Virus record (IMG/VR): IMGVR_UViG_3300032233_003207
Span: 16,683 to 80,682 of that record
Reading direction: 5' to 3' (one strand)
DNA length: 64,000 bases
Source of the DNA: a virus
Lineage: Duplodnaviria > Caudoviricetes
The notes under the pieces are model-generated. The model was not told where the DNA came from. It did no database searches and saw only the letters and a list, made by a program, of their open reading frames with translations. This document shows positions 31,301 through 41,200 of the stretch, in pieces. Within the stretch, counting starts at the first letter, position 1, and each line of letters begins with the position of its first letter. The translations under genes and the position numbers were made by a program.

Positions 31301-33385
31301 TGCATTCGTAGTTGGAGTTCCAACTTTATTTGCATCATTAAGTTCAAGAGAACTTCCAAATTGAACAAATGCTCCAATTCCTTCTTTCCATTTATAGATT
31401 AAACCATCAGGAGCATGAAATACTTTTGTAATTTTATTAGTTTTAGTGTCAATAAATTGATCATGAATATAGTTTAAATCATTTACTGGTTTTCCTGCAT
31501 TTGGTCCACTTTTAAATTTTAATAAAGGATTTTTATAATCTAATTTATTGCCCAATATTACTTGATTTTCATTTAATAATTCAAGATGATCATCTTGAAA
31601 ATTAGTAGATACACTATCAAATCTTGTTTTAAATGGAGTTAAAGGATCAAATATAGCTCCAGACCATGCATTAATTCCTGGCTTAAAACTAATTTTTGTT
31701 TTATCTAGATATCCTGAATTATCTGAAGCATTAATATCTACAGTAAAAAATCCGGCATTATTTGTTCCTTCTGCTGAATTTACAATACCACCAAAAACAT
31801 GAGTGCCTTCTTTTTCTGTAACAAATTGTGGTCTAATCATTCCCCATAAAAATGAAGGGAACTCTGGACCTACAAATGCTGCCTTTTCAGCATACACTTC
31901 TATATTATTTCCACCAGTAAGTAAATTTATACTATTAGATAAATTAGAAAATATATTAGCAGAAGCATTAATAAAATCTAATCCAGTAAACATTCCTTTT
32001 AAACCAGATAGTAATTTATCATCAAATTGACTTTTGCTACTCATATAAATATGAATGGAGTCCATAGGCTGAATTACTAATTTACCTAAAAATTGAAATC
32101 TTAATTTTCTTCTTGCATATTTCGCATCATCATTAAATTGAAATAATGTATTTTTTGAATTTTGCTCTAAAGATAATTTATTATAAATAGCTTCTATTAA
32201 TGAGCTAAATAAAGATAGCTCTGATTCACTATTAAAACTGCCCTTATGATATTTTTTTATAGATGTATCATTTAAATCTAAATTTAAATTATTAAATTTA
32301 AATTTTTGATCATTTAATCCTTGATATCCAGCTATTTCTCCATTAATTAAATATTCTTTAGGTATTTCTACTCCACTATTTAATTCGGAATAATTTTTTC
32401 CAATATCATCGAATTTATATTCAAAAGGTATTTCTGTGCCTATTCCAGTAATTACTGCGGTTACTCTTCTTCCTAATAGTGTTTCTGGATTTATATAGAA
32501 AGCAATTTCACTTGCTCCTCTAGATTTTCTATACGTATTTAATCTACTAGTCAAATCATCAATTAATTTAGCTGCATCTTGTTTTGATATTTGAAATATA
32601 GATTTGCTATAAAATAAATTACTTGCATCACTTAGAGCTTTTTCAATATCATACTCAGTAATTACCATAGCTTCATAAGGATCATTGATTGTTAAACTTG
32701 CTCTACCTCCACCTAAATTTGTAGCTACAGTTGTATTAATGTTTGTAAAATTAGTTATCTCTATAACTCCAGTGCCTTCTCCATATTGAGTTTTAAATAA
32801 ATTTGTATTATCAGTAATCCATCTTGTTGTATCAGATGAGTTATTAAATGCATAAATTCTTCTAATTCTATTCATTACAGATTGATAATTAGAAATCTCT
32901 GTAGCATCTTTATCATAAACAAGTGTATCATTAACAGTAAATAAAATTGACATTAACTGATGGTCTACTTCACCTAATGTTGATGCTATTTTTTGTATTT
33001 TAGATAATTGCTCTAATGATGAAATTTGTTGACATTTATTTTGAAACAAAATTTTCATTGCTCTAAAATAAAGCTTTTCATCTTTATCCATATAAGTTAA
33101 ATCATAATTATCAGACACAGAAGAAAGCATTCTTTTCTTTACTAAAACTGTTGCCTGAGGCTGAGACATTAATATTTCAAATTGTTTTGAATCTATATTA
33201 AATGCGTCTTTTCTAAGATAACCCTCTTCTAAATAACGTCTTTCAGCAGATTGATCAAATTTAGATGCAAAATCTCCTAAAGCACCATATCTCTCACCGT
33301 CTGCACCATCTAATGTTTTATTATTATTTTCAGAAATTGAAAATTGACTGCCTAATTGATCTGCTAATTGACCTAAAAATGCCAT
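28370..33385 (-). CDS. Baseplate hub protein (gp27/gpD-like), greatly enlarged
   Basis: EVFCDTQGHIRARMPQYN and C-terminal RGNVTIIGNEYMQPGEVVYLEN...FYVTSVSHNY...FTTTLNLSYGR match hub-family motifs; located between tube initiator and spike. Confidence 0.75.
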   Translation of the reverse strand: MAFLGQLADQLGSQFSISENNNKTLDGADGERYGALGDFASKFDQSAERRYLEEGYLRKDAFNIDSKQFEILMSQPQATVLVKKRMLSSVSDNYDLTYMDKDEKLYFRAMKILFQNKCQQISSLEQLSKIQKIASTLGEVDHQLMSILFTVNDTLVYDKDATEISNYQSVMNRIRRIYAFNNSSDTTRWITDNTNLFKTQYGEGTGVIEITNFTNINTTVATNLGGGRASLTINDPYEAMVITEYDIEKALSDASNLFYSKSIFQISKQDAAKLIDDLTSRLNTYRKSRGASEIAFYINPETLLGRRVTAVITGIGTEIPFEYKFDDIGKNYSELNSGVEIPKEYLINGEIAGYQGLNDQKFKFNNLNLDLNDTSIKKYHKGSFNSESELSLFSSLIEAIYNKLSLEQNSKNTLFQFNDDAKYARRKLRFQFLGKLVIQPMDSIHIYMSSKSQFDDKLLSGLKGMFTGLDFINASANIFSNLSNSINLLTGGNNIEVYAEKAAFVGPEFPSFLWGMIRPQFVTEKEGTHVFGGIVNSAEGTNNAGFFTVDINASDNSGYLDKTKISFKPGINAWSGAIFDPLTPFKTRFDSVSTNFQDDHLELLNENQVILGNKLDYKNPLLKFKSGPNAGKPVNDLNYIHDQFIDTKTNKITKVFHAPDGLIYKWKEGIGAFVQFGSSLELNDANKVGTPTTNADPFAGQDVMNAISLLITGYPYNYATYYRATNGADAITNDKDSNQNASLSFYALLRDDLKKSNALWGNFIPFKNLIMNESSYAGAQIALNSIINNSKNLESKLQELTQLQLDAAISGLTFADDTLQALNKQVNQENQVKVANKLTSLNSEIEGLLKNLRDENKSFFVQNGDDISFDFDEFLDPKTEQGKLASPLTRRSLRRQLNYITRRMSYNVRANEDKNLFIVDDSYDKDYDIRAFTSELESIRLYNNQYMDVKSKVLSAAQVLNLEVFCDTQGHIRARMPQYNRMPSSIFYKMMYQKKTLGIQVFPDFLNNLFENKLSALRDRLEIIEDQIRLDCAFIDKIDDTDAQNFLSGFDNQGTAFKFISDSTGVIANLDTLKAQAMPNAKSSPLFSVIDEQSNNTRDIFSNYQRYNFIKSTIDSISKNLQTKQSTVNGQLINISNFSTRDEKSDAYIQQLVRRIEDKSGQKIGKDSYIFINKENAENFPNIKVNTKYIDLFKITQDLASKLSERHKVIKLFYSTLKNSAEFSSLDNDQSVANDILTSGTYGNNEVPEVFEHMIEDESYDDYGPGSGKRYIIKNSQILSYRIQENPPSHTYVEVQGVLNQYSPGGLPQGLASFPQGGNGMVSAIAIDYDLWRNYGWHEPATVKAPFLSNPEVQCAPYAVSLLNMARKDILRGNVTIIGNEYMQPGEVVYLENRGLLFYVTSVSHNYGEGSNFTTTLNLSYGRAPGEYVPTTSDIIGKLLYNNSQASEFRVERHTSSFNETNIGCIIFDPNSNQPSDNFNNESSINGQSYGPSNSKTILELSQRAAYIVNKNSSIGNNIEASVAIRIYYDGKLGKVNDKLDSFANYIKTILSQFPVDSAVQFKQIGQTKFTPLPAKSISVLAVDISSEKDNRSPSQKAWDFTRNINQKYSSEISSSTAPNDSEQQNSSDTNSPKKIKKERDKLRNALFSYIVDCWIEVKPLPPDQKIKNNG

Positions 33386-33399
33386 TACTATCTTCCTTT

Positions 33400-34353
33400 T
33401 TAAGTATTATTAAGAAATTTATTTCCAACTCTTCCTGAAAATGAATGAGGCGTATCATCTCTGCTAGGACCATCTTTTGGACTACGTGACCATGGGAAGT
33501 AATTAGTTCTATAACCTCTCTTCTGAGTAATTGTGAATTGTAATACATAATTTATTAAAAAATTATCAGCACTTTCTGTAATGTTCATACTTGTAAAATA
33601 TCCTCTATATACCCATCCATTATAATACATTTCTACTGAAAATGCTAATTTTGCTAATGATATTGGCTGAGTTGGAGCTGCACTATTTATTCCTCCAAGA
33701 TTTGCAAGTGTATTAGTCAATCCAAGACCTATAAGATCTCCTGCTGTTCCAGAACTAGAATTAGCTTGATTTACTAATTTATCTTGCAATAAATTAGTAG
33801 CCTGACTAGTTAAGCTTTGTGCATAGTCATTATTTGCAGCTAAAACTAAAGCATTAGTATCAAAAGCGTATTGTTCTGCTCTGTATATTTCATATAAAAC
33901 ATTTATACCTTCAATTCCTGAACTTCCTGTAGTGCCTCTAATGGACATTGTACTTAATTCTTCGCCCCAATATTGAAGACTATATCCGCCTTTAGTTCTT
34001 TTAGATTCTATTAATTTTCTATGACTATATTCTATATTATTTGGATTTATAAACATTTTTACTATTCCAAATTCAGGAACAAACCAAGTAATTATATTTC
34101 TCTTTAATTGATAAGCATCTCGATCTGATTGTACTTTTGAAAATGGTAATCCAGTACCATCAGCCGTGTATGCTGGAGGCAATAAAAATCCATCTGATTT
34201 AAATGACTGCGTAGCATCTTGATGTAGTGGATCTATACTTGTTACAAGCTTATCAAACTGCTGTTCTGTTGTTTCGTCTCCTTTAGAAGACTTAACTACA
34301 ACTTTGGCATCTTGCTGTGAATTTTTTAAATCAGTTTTTGTAAAGTTTGCCAT
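33400..34353 (-). CDS. Tail tube initiator/baseplate tube-like protein
   Basis: FINPNNIEYSHRKLIES...QYWGEELSTMSIRGTTG and YRGYFTSMNITE...YVLQFTI tube-fold pattern; follows the tape measure. Confidence 0.65.
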   Translation of the reverse strand: MANFTKTDLKNSQQDAKVVVKSSKGDETTEQQFDKLVTSIDPLHQDATQSFKSDGFLLPPAYTADGTGLPFSKVQSDRDAYQLKRNIITWFVPEFGIVKMFINPNNIEYSHRKLIESKRTKGGYSLQYWGEELSTMSIRGTTGSSGIEGINVLYEIYRAEQYAFDTNALVLAANNDYAQSLTSQATNLLQDKLVNQANSSSGTAGDLIGLGLTNTLANLGGINSAAPTQPISLAKLAFSVEMYYNGWVYRGYFTSMNITESADNFLINYVLQFTITQKRGYRTNYFPWSRSPKDGPSRDDTPHSFSGRVGNKFLNNT

Positions 34354-34359
34354 AATATT

Positions 34360-36471
34360 TTATTTTCTCCCAGCACCAGGGGCAGTTCCTTCAAGATGAC
34401 CTGTCTTTAGTTTAGTCTGACATCCATAACATATTGCAGTTACTTCTAAATTATATTTTTCTTTTTGTTGTTGGGTTTGCTGTGCGTATGCAGCGGTTCC
34501 AGGTGTTTTGGCTTGTGCTGCCTTTTCTGCTCCACCTGCCACTGCCTGTTCTGCTAATTCAGTTAATTGTTCAGTTGGAAGCAAATTGTTATAAGCAGAT
34601 GCTCCTGCTGTTTGCTGTTTTTTTGCTCTTTGTATATTTAATATTGTTGCTGCTTCTTCTTTATTTTTAGCTTGCATTGATACTAATTCTCTAGCACCCT
34701 GTATAACATCAGCTTGTTGTAGTTGATTTGTATCATCTTTTCCATTTAATTGATTTGTTAGCTCAGTAGCCATAGTTGTAAATGTATTTGGTGCAGATTT
34801 TACAATTCCAACCTTTTCTTTCATTGATGCAATTGCTTCGCTTACCATATCTTTACGAAAGTTTTCCATAGCTTCTGGATTCTCTTGTATACCTACTGTT
34901 TCTGTTAATTTTTGAGATATTCTTCCGCCTCTTGCTGTTCCTGTTCTAATTCTATTTTCAATAGCCTGAGTTCGCTTATCTTGAGCCTCATTTAATTCAT
35001 TTCCAAAAATAACTTGACCTCCAGCACCTCTTTGAAGCATTTTTAATGAAGTCATTGCTGCTTTAAAATCTGATTCTTCAAAGAAATTTCTAAGCTCAGT
35101 AAAATCTGTAGTAGTTTGTTTTTCTATTTGCTCGCCACGTGTCATTGCTTCGGTAACTGTTTCTTCTGGTCGTGGCAGTTGTGCTTTTTTAGACAAACCT
35201 CCAGACTTAAATGATTCTAATAATCTATTTGCCTCATCTTCTGTTTTAGCAAGTTGCCCAAATGCTCCACCCATTAATATTTGAACTTGTTTTTGATTTA
35301 TGTCTGCCGCTAGTTGACTTTGACCTGCCTCTTGTAAAGTCGAAATTTTTCCTCCAAATTGTCTTTCAAGAGCGGTTCTAACCATTTTTTCCACATCTTC
35401 TATTTTACCTTCTCTTAACATTGTTTGGACTTGAGCTGCTCCCATTAATCCACCAGGACCGCCAGCTTGTTGTGATAAGAATGCTCTCTCTGCAACGCCT
35501 AAAGATTTTAATTGCACTTCAAAATTAGCAGCGATACCTGCAGCACGATCTGCAGAAATTCCTGTATCTTTTAATGCTGCAGAATATCTTGACATTATTT
35601 CTGCGGCACCTTCTGCCATTCTATTAGCAGCAGTACCAGTATCGACAACGCCTCCAAAAGCTGCTGCTACATTGCCAAGCTCTTTTCTAACAGTTTCTAA
35701 TTTTGCTCCTAATTTATCAGAAACATCATACATTCTTGTGCTAAATATAAGAGCATCTTCACCTTTTAATCCATAAGTTTCATATGCTTTACTAATATCG
35801 CCAAGAACAGTTTCAAAACTTTGACCTGTACCATGTGCTGCCTTTATAGCGGCAGTTAACATATTAGTTGTTTCTCTTCCATCTGCAGAGCTTCTTACTA
35901 CTGCATTCATTGCCCCTGGAACTTTACCTAAAGAGCCATAATATTTTTCAACTTCAGATATGGAAACGCCTGTAGCTTGTGAGGTTGCCAATAAAGATTG
36001 ACCTTGAGCTTCAACTAAAGCTCCCATATTTTCTAAATTTTTACCAGCTGATTGAAAAACTTTTCCTAAATCACCAGTAGACGAAGCTAATCCAATATAT
36101 CCTACTTGAAGTCTCATTGCATTATCTGCAAGTTTGGCTTGTGATTGAAGAAGTTTTATCGCACTGTTATCAGCTATTCCTAATCTGTCTGCAAATACTT
36201 CTATATCTCCAGAATATCCTTTAAAAGCTTCTTTACCAGCATTAGGAAGACTTGTAAATCTTTCTGTTACTTTAGAAATTAGAAGTGAAAGATTCTCTAT
36301 TGTTCTAATTTGCTTTTCAGATATTTCTACTGTATTTGACATTCCATTATAAAAATCGCCAAGAGCTGTTACAAGTTTATCTACTTTTGCTCTAGCATCT
36401 TCTGCAGAAGTAAGAAATTGATCTGATATTATTTGCGTAGGTGTTGTTGAAGGTGTTGTTCCATCAGCCAT
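34360..36471 (-). CDS. Tape measure protein
   Basis: 703-aa Ala/Gly/Gln-rich helical protein directly after the G/GT chaperone pair. Confidence 0.72.
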   Translation of the reverse strand: MADGTTPSTTPTQIISDQFLTSAEDARAKVDKLVTALGDFYNGMSNTVEISEKQIRTIENLSLLISKVTERFTSLPNAGKEAFKGYSGDIEVFADRLGIADNSAIKLLQSQAKLADNAMRLQVGYIGLASSTGDLGKVFQSAGKNLENMGALVEAQGQSLLATSQATGVSISEVEKYYGSLGKVPGAMNAVVRSSADGRETTNMLTAAIKAAHGTGQSFETVLGDISKAYETYGLKGEDALIFSTRMYDVSDKLGAKLETVRKELGNVAAAFGGVVDTGTAANRMAEGAAEIMSRYSAALKDTGISADRAAGIAANFEVQLKSLGVAERAFLSQQAGGPGGLMGAAQVQTMLREGKIEDVEKMVRTALERQFGGKISTLQEAGQSQLAADINQKQVQILMGGAFGQLAKTEDEANRLLESFKSGGLSKKAQLPRPEETVTEAMTRGEQIEKQTTTDFTELRNFFEESDFKAAMTSLKMLQRGAGGQVIFGNELNEAQDKRTQAIENRIRTGTARGGRISQKLTETVGIQENPEAMENFRKDMVSEAIASMKEKVGIVKSAPNTFTTMATELTNQLNGKDDTNQLQQADVIQGARELVSMQAKNKEEAATILNIQRAKKQQTAGASAYNNLLPTEQLTELAEQAVAGGAEKAAQAKTPGTAAYAQQTQQQKEKYNLEVTAICYGCQTKLKTGHLEGTAPGAGRK

Positions 36472-36474
36472 TTA

Positions 36475-36849
36475 TTATTCCTCTATTACTCTTCGCCTTC
36501 TCTTTCTAATTGGCTCTTTATTTTGTTCAAGACCTATTATATTAGGTAAGTTAATTGAATTATTTTTAACTATACTTAATGACTCTTCAAAGTCTTCTTC
36601 AGAAGATACAATCTTATTACCTTCATTCATTATTTGTTTTACTGCTTCTGGATTACTAAATGATCCTAGCAAATAAGCATGATTTTTAACTATATCTATA
36701 GTCTCTTTCTTATCTTCTATCCAACTCTGATACATCCAAACTTTTAATAAAGGATCCATATCTACTATAAATGGATCGTCTGGAGTTTTCTTAAATGTCT
36801 TACATAAAAACCAGATAAATTTATGCTCTGGTTCAGTTACGATTTTTTT
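36475..36849 (-). CDS. Tail assembly chaperone GT, C-terminal (-1 frame) portion
   Basis: The frame of track ORF 36475..36759 is open back to the A7 run at 36843..36849 and reads KKIVTEPEHKFIWFLCKTFKKTPDDPFIVD-MDPLLKVWMY. Confidence 0.8.
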   Translation of the reverse strand, partial: KKIVTEPEHKFIWFLCKTFKKTPDDPFIVDMDPLLKVWMYQSWIEDKKETIDIVKNHAYLLGSFSNPEAVKQIMNEGNKIVSSEEDFEESLSIVKNNSINLPNIIGLEQNKEPIRKRRRRVIEE

Positions 36850-37490
36850 ATGTCTTCAACAACCTCCTTTACATCAGCATCTTCTTTAAGAGAATACTTT
36901 TCTTTAGATTCTTTATTTAAAATAAGATATTCATTATAAATTCTATTTAATAAAGCTTCATCTAATTCATCTATAAATAGTAATTTGCTTTCTAATGTAT
37001 TAGAGCTAATAAATTGTTCAATTTCAATCCCAGCAACATGTGTTAAAGCTCTTGCTAATAATTGTCTTCTTATTTCATATGGGGCTTGTACTGTGCCATC
37101 GAAATTTGAAGCTTCCATGATAGAATCTCTCATCTCTTTAGATTTTAAAGTTCTTAATGTAAAAGAATTATCTTCAATAGTAAATTCTTTCGTTAGCTGC
37201 GTCATACCTAGTAACATTTCAATACGACGACGAGCGCCATCATTTATTTTATCTCTTCCTAATCTTTTATTAGCCAATTCTTTTTCTAATTTAGAAGCAT
37301 TATCATCTTCAAAAGATTGCTGCATTTTATTTTGAAAACTTTTTATATTTTTATTTAAATCTTGCTCTTGATGATGATGTTGATGAGAATGTTGAGAACT
37401 AGAGTAACCTGTTTCATCTGAAACACTAAATTCTCTAAGATTATTTTCTGGAAAACTTCTACCACCAATTGGGCTTTCAAAATTTGGCAT
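36837..37490 (-). CDS. Tail assembly chaperone G
   Basis: Between tube and tape measure; FTLRTLKSKEMRD and LDEALLNRIYNEY chaperone-like pattern; ends at a slippery site. Confidence 0.75.
   Translation of the reverse strand: MPNFESPIGGRSFPENNLREFSVSDETGYSSSQHSHQHHHQEQDLNKNIKSFQNKMQQSFEDDNASKLEKELANKRLGRDKINDGARRRIEMLLGMTQLTKEFTIEDNSFTLRTLKSKEMRDSIMEASNFDGTVQAPYEIRRQLLARALTHVAGIEIEQFISSNTLESKLLFIDELDEALLNRIYNEYLILNKESKEKYSLKEDADVKEVVEDIKKS
36843..36849 (-). promoter_or_regulatory. -1 programmed ribosomal frameshift slippery heptamer A AAA AAA
   Basis: GAC ATA AAA AAA TCG TAA on the minus strand: an X XXY YYZ heptamer in the zero frame two codons before the chaperone stop, with the -1 frame continuous into the next ORF. 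Confidence 0.8.
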
Positions 37491-37533
37491 TTAAACTCCT
37501 ATTAAATAATAAATTGCTATATATAAATATAAC

Positions 37534-37570
37534 AAATAAAAAAGCACTTAGAATATCTAAGTGCTTTTAT
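37534..37570 (-). terminator. Rho-independent terminator after tail tube gene
   Basis: 12-bp inverted repeat AAAAGCACTTAG (37540-37551) / CTAAGTGCTTTT (37557-37568) with a 5-nt loop, ending in a T6 run (37538-37543) on the minus strand, ~25 nt after the tube stop. Confidence 0.75.
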
Positions 37571-37591
37571 TATAAATAATAAAATTATTAT

Positions 37592-38263
37592 TTAATATAG
37601 ATTGCCTGTATCTCCAATATCAATTAATCCGCCAGCGTCCATTGAACCTCTTCTAGCATTTGCGCCAGTATCAACAAGCTGTTCGATATTTATACCACCT
37701 GTACCATTAATGCCGCCACCAAAGTGCTTAATGCCTCTTTCTCCGCCCTGAGCTACTGGTAGTCCGCTTGTTCCTGAAGTGCTTGAAGCAACGCTAAATA
37801 TAGTTTCTGCTACCCATGACATTGAATCTGTAATAATCCAGTTATCTGCAGTATAATCTGTTGAAATATCTTTAATCCAAACATTTTTAATAACAGTAGA
37901 TATTTGTGAATTGCTATCGGCTTTTTGCTTATCTAAAATAACAATATCAAAAGGATATACTTGTGAACGAACATGTATAAATCCTCTGCTAAATGCTTCT
38001 GCTATTCTTAATCTATCAAATCTTATTCTTCTACAAGTTCCTTGAACAGTAGTTGATCCAGTTGGTGCAGAGTCTATATGACCGTCTGTTCCAATTTCAT
38101 TAACCATTCCTATGTTTCTAGCTTCAGATACGTTTAATGATTGTACTGCGCCTACTGGAACATTATTAACTAATATAATAATATTTGTTGATAATGCAGT
38201 GCTAGTTTTATTAGAACCATTATTTTGTGTTAGTGTAGAACCTGTATTAAGTGCATTAGACAT
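37592..38263 (-). CDS. Tail tube protein
   Basis: Directly after the sheath; VGAVQSLNVSE...VNEIG, PFDIVILD and TVIKNVWI...ITDSMSWVAE tube pattern. Confidence 0.8.
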   Translation of the reverse strand: MSNALNTGSTLTQNNGSNKTSTALSTNIIILVNNVPVGAVQSLNVSEARNIGMVNEIGTDGHIDSAPTGSTTVQGTCRRIRFDRLRIAEAFSRGFIHVRSQVYPFDIVILDKQKADSNSQISTVIKNVWIKDISTDYTADNWIITDSMSWVAETIFSVASSTSGTSGLPVAQGGERGIKHFGGGINGTGGINIEQLVDTGANARRGSMDAGGLIDIGDTGNLY

Positions 38264-38317
38264 TTATATCTCCCTATTATAATATATATCTATATATTAT
38301 TTATTATTTAAAATTTT

Positions 38318-41065
38318 TTATATTTGACCTAAAGCAACTTTAATGTAAATGAAGTTTACTGGATAAGTTGGCTGTACGCGAACTGTGATATTCCATTGTC
38401 TTGGGTCTACACCATCTCTCTTGACTACCAAGTCTGCAAAGTTGCTAATTATTCCTTGAGAAACTAAAGCGTTTAATAGTATTACTGCACGAGTATTTAA
38501 GATTGCAGATGTATCTGGAGTTTCTGCCAATCCAATGAATCCTGCAAATCCTGCTCTTAAAGATTTGGCAACACGATCTCTGATAAATACTACAGAAATT
38601 TCTTGTTCTTCTGGATATCCGCTTTGAGAAGTTGTAATACCCCAAACAACTCTTCCGCCACCAGATACAGGTTGTAATGTAGTTACACCTGCTGAAGCTA
38701 AGCTTTCTAAAGTAGATGTAGAGAACTGTCTATTTCTTAATATTGTAAATCCACTTAAAACTTTATTAGTTAATGGGTTTTCAATTCTTAAATCTGCTGA
38801 TTCATATCCTGCTGCAGCTGCTGCTAAATAGAAACCATCAACTAGTACATTATCTGCTCCTGCTTGTACTACTATTTGATCAGGATAGAAATATACACAT
38901 CTATAAGTATTACCGAATGCATCTGGTACAGAATAGTTTGCTAAGTCTTCAATATTTCCAGATAATACTTCAGTAATATTATCGCCTTGAATTCCTTCTA
39001 AAATTCCAATATTTTCTACTGCTGCTGGCTTAGCACCTGTTAAATTATCAGGTGTTAATCCGGAAATTGCACCAGCAAACAATACTCTTTCTTTTTTGTT
39101 TCTAATATTGCTCATTGCTTTGCAATGATTTAAAGCATTTTGGAAAATTACAGAAATTGTTTGACGAGGAAGTGGGACTAGAATATCGCATTCAACTTTT
39201 TCTAATGATGCTAATGCATTGAGCCATCCAGCGTCATAGAAAGATGCTTCCTTGGTATCAATTAAAGTTACTCTTAATCCATATCCGGCTGGCACTACAT
39301 TCTTATTAATAACTAAGTAGTTGCTAAGATCTGAAGGATCTAATACTTCATAACGCATATCATTTTCTTGAACAATTACCATTTGTAATGTTAAAGTTTT
39401 TGTCATGCTGTCATATGAAGTTATATCATATAATCCATCATTACCATTAGCGGAGCCGTTTATCTTAAGTCTTCTAGTTAAAATGCTAGTAATTGTATCA
39501 AAATCAACCGCTGTGCTAGTAAATGTAGCTGTAGATGTAGATAATAAAGCAGTTAAAGCACCATCAGTTCCTTCTCCTCCTGATAATGGTAACCCTGTAG
39601 CAACATCAATTAATTGGAAAGTAACGCTAGATTCAGTAACAAAATCAGCTAATGAATTTTTAGTGACAGATAACTTGCCACCAGATACACCTGTAATAGT
39701 ATATTCGCCAATATTTCCTTTATTGACAGAATCAATTATTTTTAGTGTCTTTCCAACATATGAAGAATCAAAAGACATTGATGAACTAAATACGCCCTTA
39801 TTATAGAAGGCTAAGTTTCTACCAATATATCCATCAAATCCAGTGTCAATAGTAGCTTCTGTTTGTTTGATTGTATAGTAGTAAGAATATCCTCCAGGAG
39901 CAGGAGTATCATCAAATATAAAGTCATAAGTTGTTGGATAGCCTGCAGTATCTAAAGTATAATATTCTAATTTATTTGGCAAAATTTGACTTTCTAAATT
40001 AGTACTATTATTTTTGATAAAGAAGTGAATTGCTGAATTAAAATCAGGAGTTACGCTTGGTGGCAATGGGAAAATAAAATCATCTTCATTTGCTGAATCG
40101 CTATTAACTGCATCTGCTAATAAGAATGATTTTCTTCTTGGAACAGAAGGGGCAGCTTGTACAGATAATAAAGCTGGTGCATTATTTGCAAATGCTAATT
40201 GAGCGCCTAATGAAAGATTATTTGTTAAGCTAGGGTAACCATGTCTAGCAACAACATCATTCATCCCTTGTAATAGTACAGGATCATTTAAGAATCCTGA
40301 TGGTATATAATTTGCTGTTAAACTATCATTTTGTACTAAGACTCCGCTTGAAACTTTAACAGTAAATCCATCGCCTTCTCTAAATACAACTGCACTGTCA
40401 AAAATTGCAAATTCTAAAATTCCGTTACTTACAGTTTGTCCATTAGATATCCAAACAATTGGATTTCCATTTGCATCTAATTTTGCTCCAGAAACAGAAC
40501 CAAAAGCTAAAAATTTAGCTGTACCTGTAATTGGTTGATTTAATGCATTTCTTTGTACAGAAACACATCTAATAGACCATGTTTCTGGTGGTGCATTAGA
40601 ATCTAATAAACTAAGACTGCTAATATAGCCGTCTCCAACATTTGTAGATAAAGGTAAATATAAACTTCCGCCTTGATCAACAATATATCCTTTTTGTAAT
40701 TCTATTCTACCAGTATCTATGTCAATTCTATAATCATATTTACTACTAAAAGGATTGCCATCAATTAAAGCTTCTAAACCAACTAAAGGTATACCATTTT
40801 TAAATAATGTTGTTCTGTTTGATATTACAGGAAAATTAGTTAATTGAAAATGTCTTCCGTCTGATCCACTAGTAGATGAATAGCTTGAATTCAAACCGTC
40901 ACTTCCGCCACCAACTGCCTGAGCAACAAGAACCTCATCAGTCGAACCTTCCCCTATCATTGCAGTTAATCTAATACCGCCTGGAACAGCTACTCCTCTA
41001 GATTGAGTAACAATATCGGTAAAAACTCCTGGTAGTACATTATTTGCGCCTGGTATATTAGCCAT
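38318..41065 (-). CDS. Contractile tail sheath protein
   Basis: N-terminal VLPGVFTDIV and C-terminal ESLASAGVTTL...RVVWGITT...EISVVFIRDRV...WNITVRVQPTYPVNFIYIKV are hallmark sheath motifs. Confidence 0.92.
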   Translation of the reverse strand: MANIPGANNVLPGVFTDIVTQSRGVAVPGGIRLTAMIGEGSTDEVLVAQAVGGGSDGLNSSYSSTSGSDGRHFQLTNFPVISNRTTLFKNGIPLVGLEALIDGNPFSSKYDYRIDIDTGRIELQKGYIVDQGGSLYLPLSTNVGDGYISSLSLLDSNAPPETWSIRCVSVQRNALNQPITGTAKFLAFGSVSGAKLDANGNPIVWISNGQTVSNGILEFAIFDSAVVFREGDGFTVKVSSGVLVQNDSLTANYIPSGFLNDPVLLQGMNDVVARHGYPSLTNNLSLGAQLAFANNAPALLSVQAAPSVPRRKSFLLADAVNSDSANEDDFIFPLPPSVTPDFNSAIHFFIKNNSTNLESQILPNKLEYYTLDTAGYPTTYDFIFDDTPAPGGYSYYYTIKQTEATIDTGFDGYIGRNLAFYNKGVFSSSMSFDSSYVGKTLKIIDSVNKGNIGEYTITGVSGGKLSVTKNSLADFVTESSVTFQLIDVATGLPLSGGEGTDGALTALLSTSTATFTSTAVDFDTITSILTRRLKINGSANGNDGLYDITSYDSMTKTLTLQMVIVQENDMRYEVLDPSDLSNYLVINKNVVPAGYGLRVTLIDTKEASFYDAGWLNALASLEKVECDILVPLPRQTISVIFQNALNHCKAMSNIRNKKERVLFAGAISGLTPDNLTGAKPAAVENIGILEGIQGDNITEVLSGNIEDLANYSVPDAFGNTYRCVYFYPDQIVVQAGADNVLVDGFYLAAAAAGYESADLRIENPLTNKVLSGFTILRNRQFSTSTLESLASAGVTTLQPVSGGGRVVWGITTSQSGYPEEQEISVVFIRDRVAKSLRAGFAGFIGLAETPDTSAILNTRAVILLNALVSQGIISNFADLVVKRDGVDPRQWNITVRVQPTYPVNFIYIKVALGQI

Positions 41066-41200
41066 ATTTATTCCTTATAACTAAGTTATCTAACCTGTAT
41101 CATTAAAATGTATTAATATTGCTATTATTGGTGATATATTAATACATTTTATAGATATGTTATCTAAATTTTTTAAATTAAAACAAAATAATATATTATT

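Noticed and set aside
17472-41065. Chromosomal eCIS or T6SS locus instead of a phage
   Set aside because: Neck/head-closure-like genes, G/GT frameshift, homing endonucleases and absence of host housekeeping, TssJLM or ClpV/Afp15-type ATPase genes favour a phage; not fully excluded because no capsid gene is in the window.
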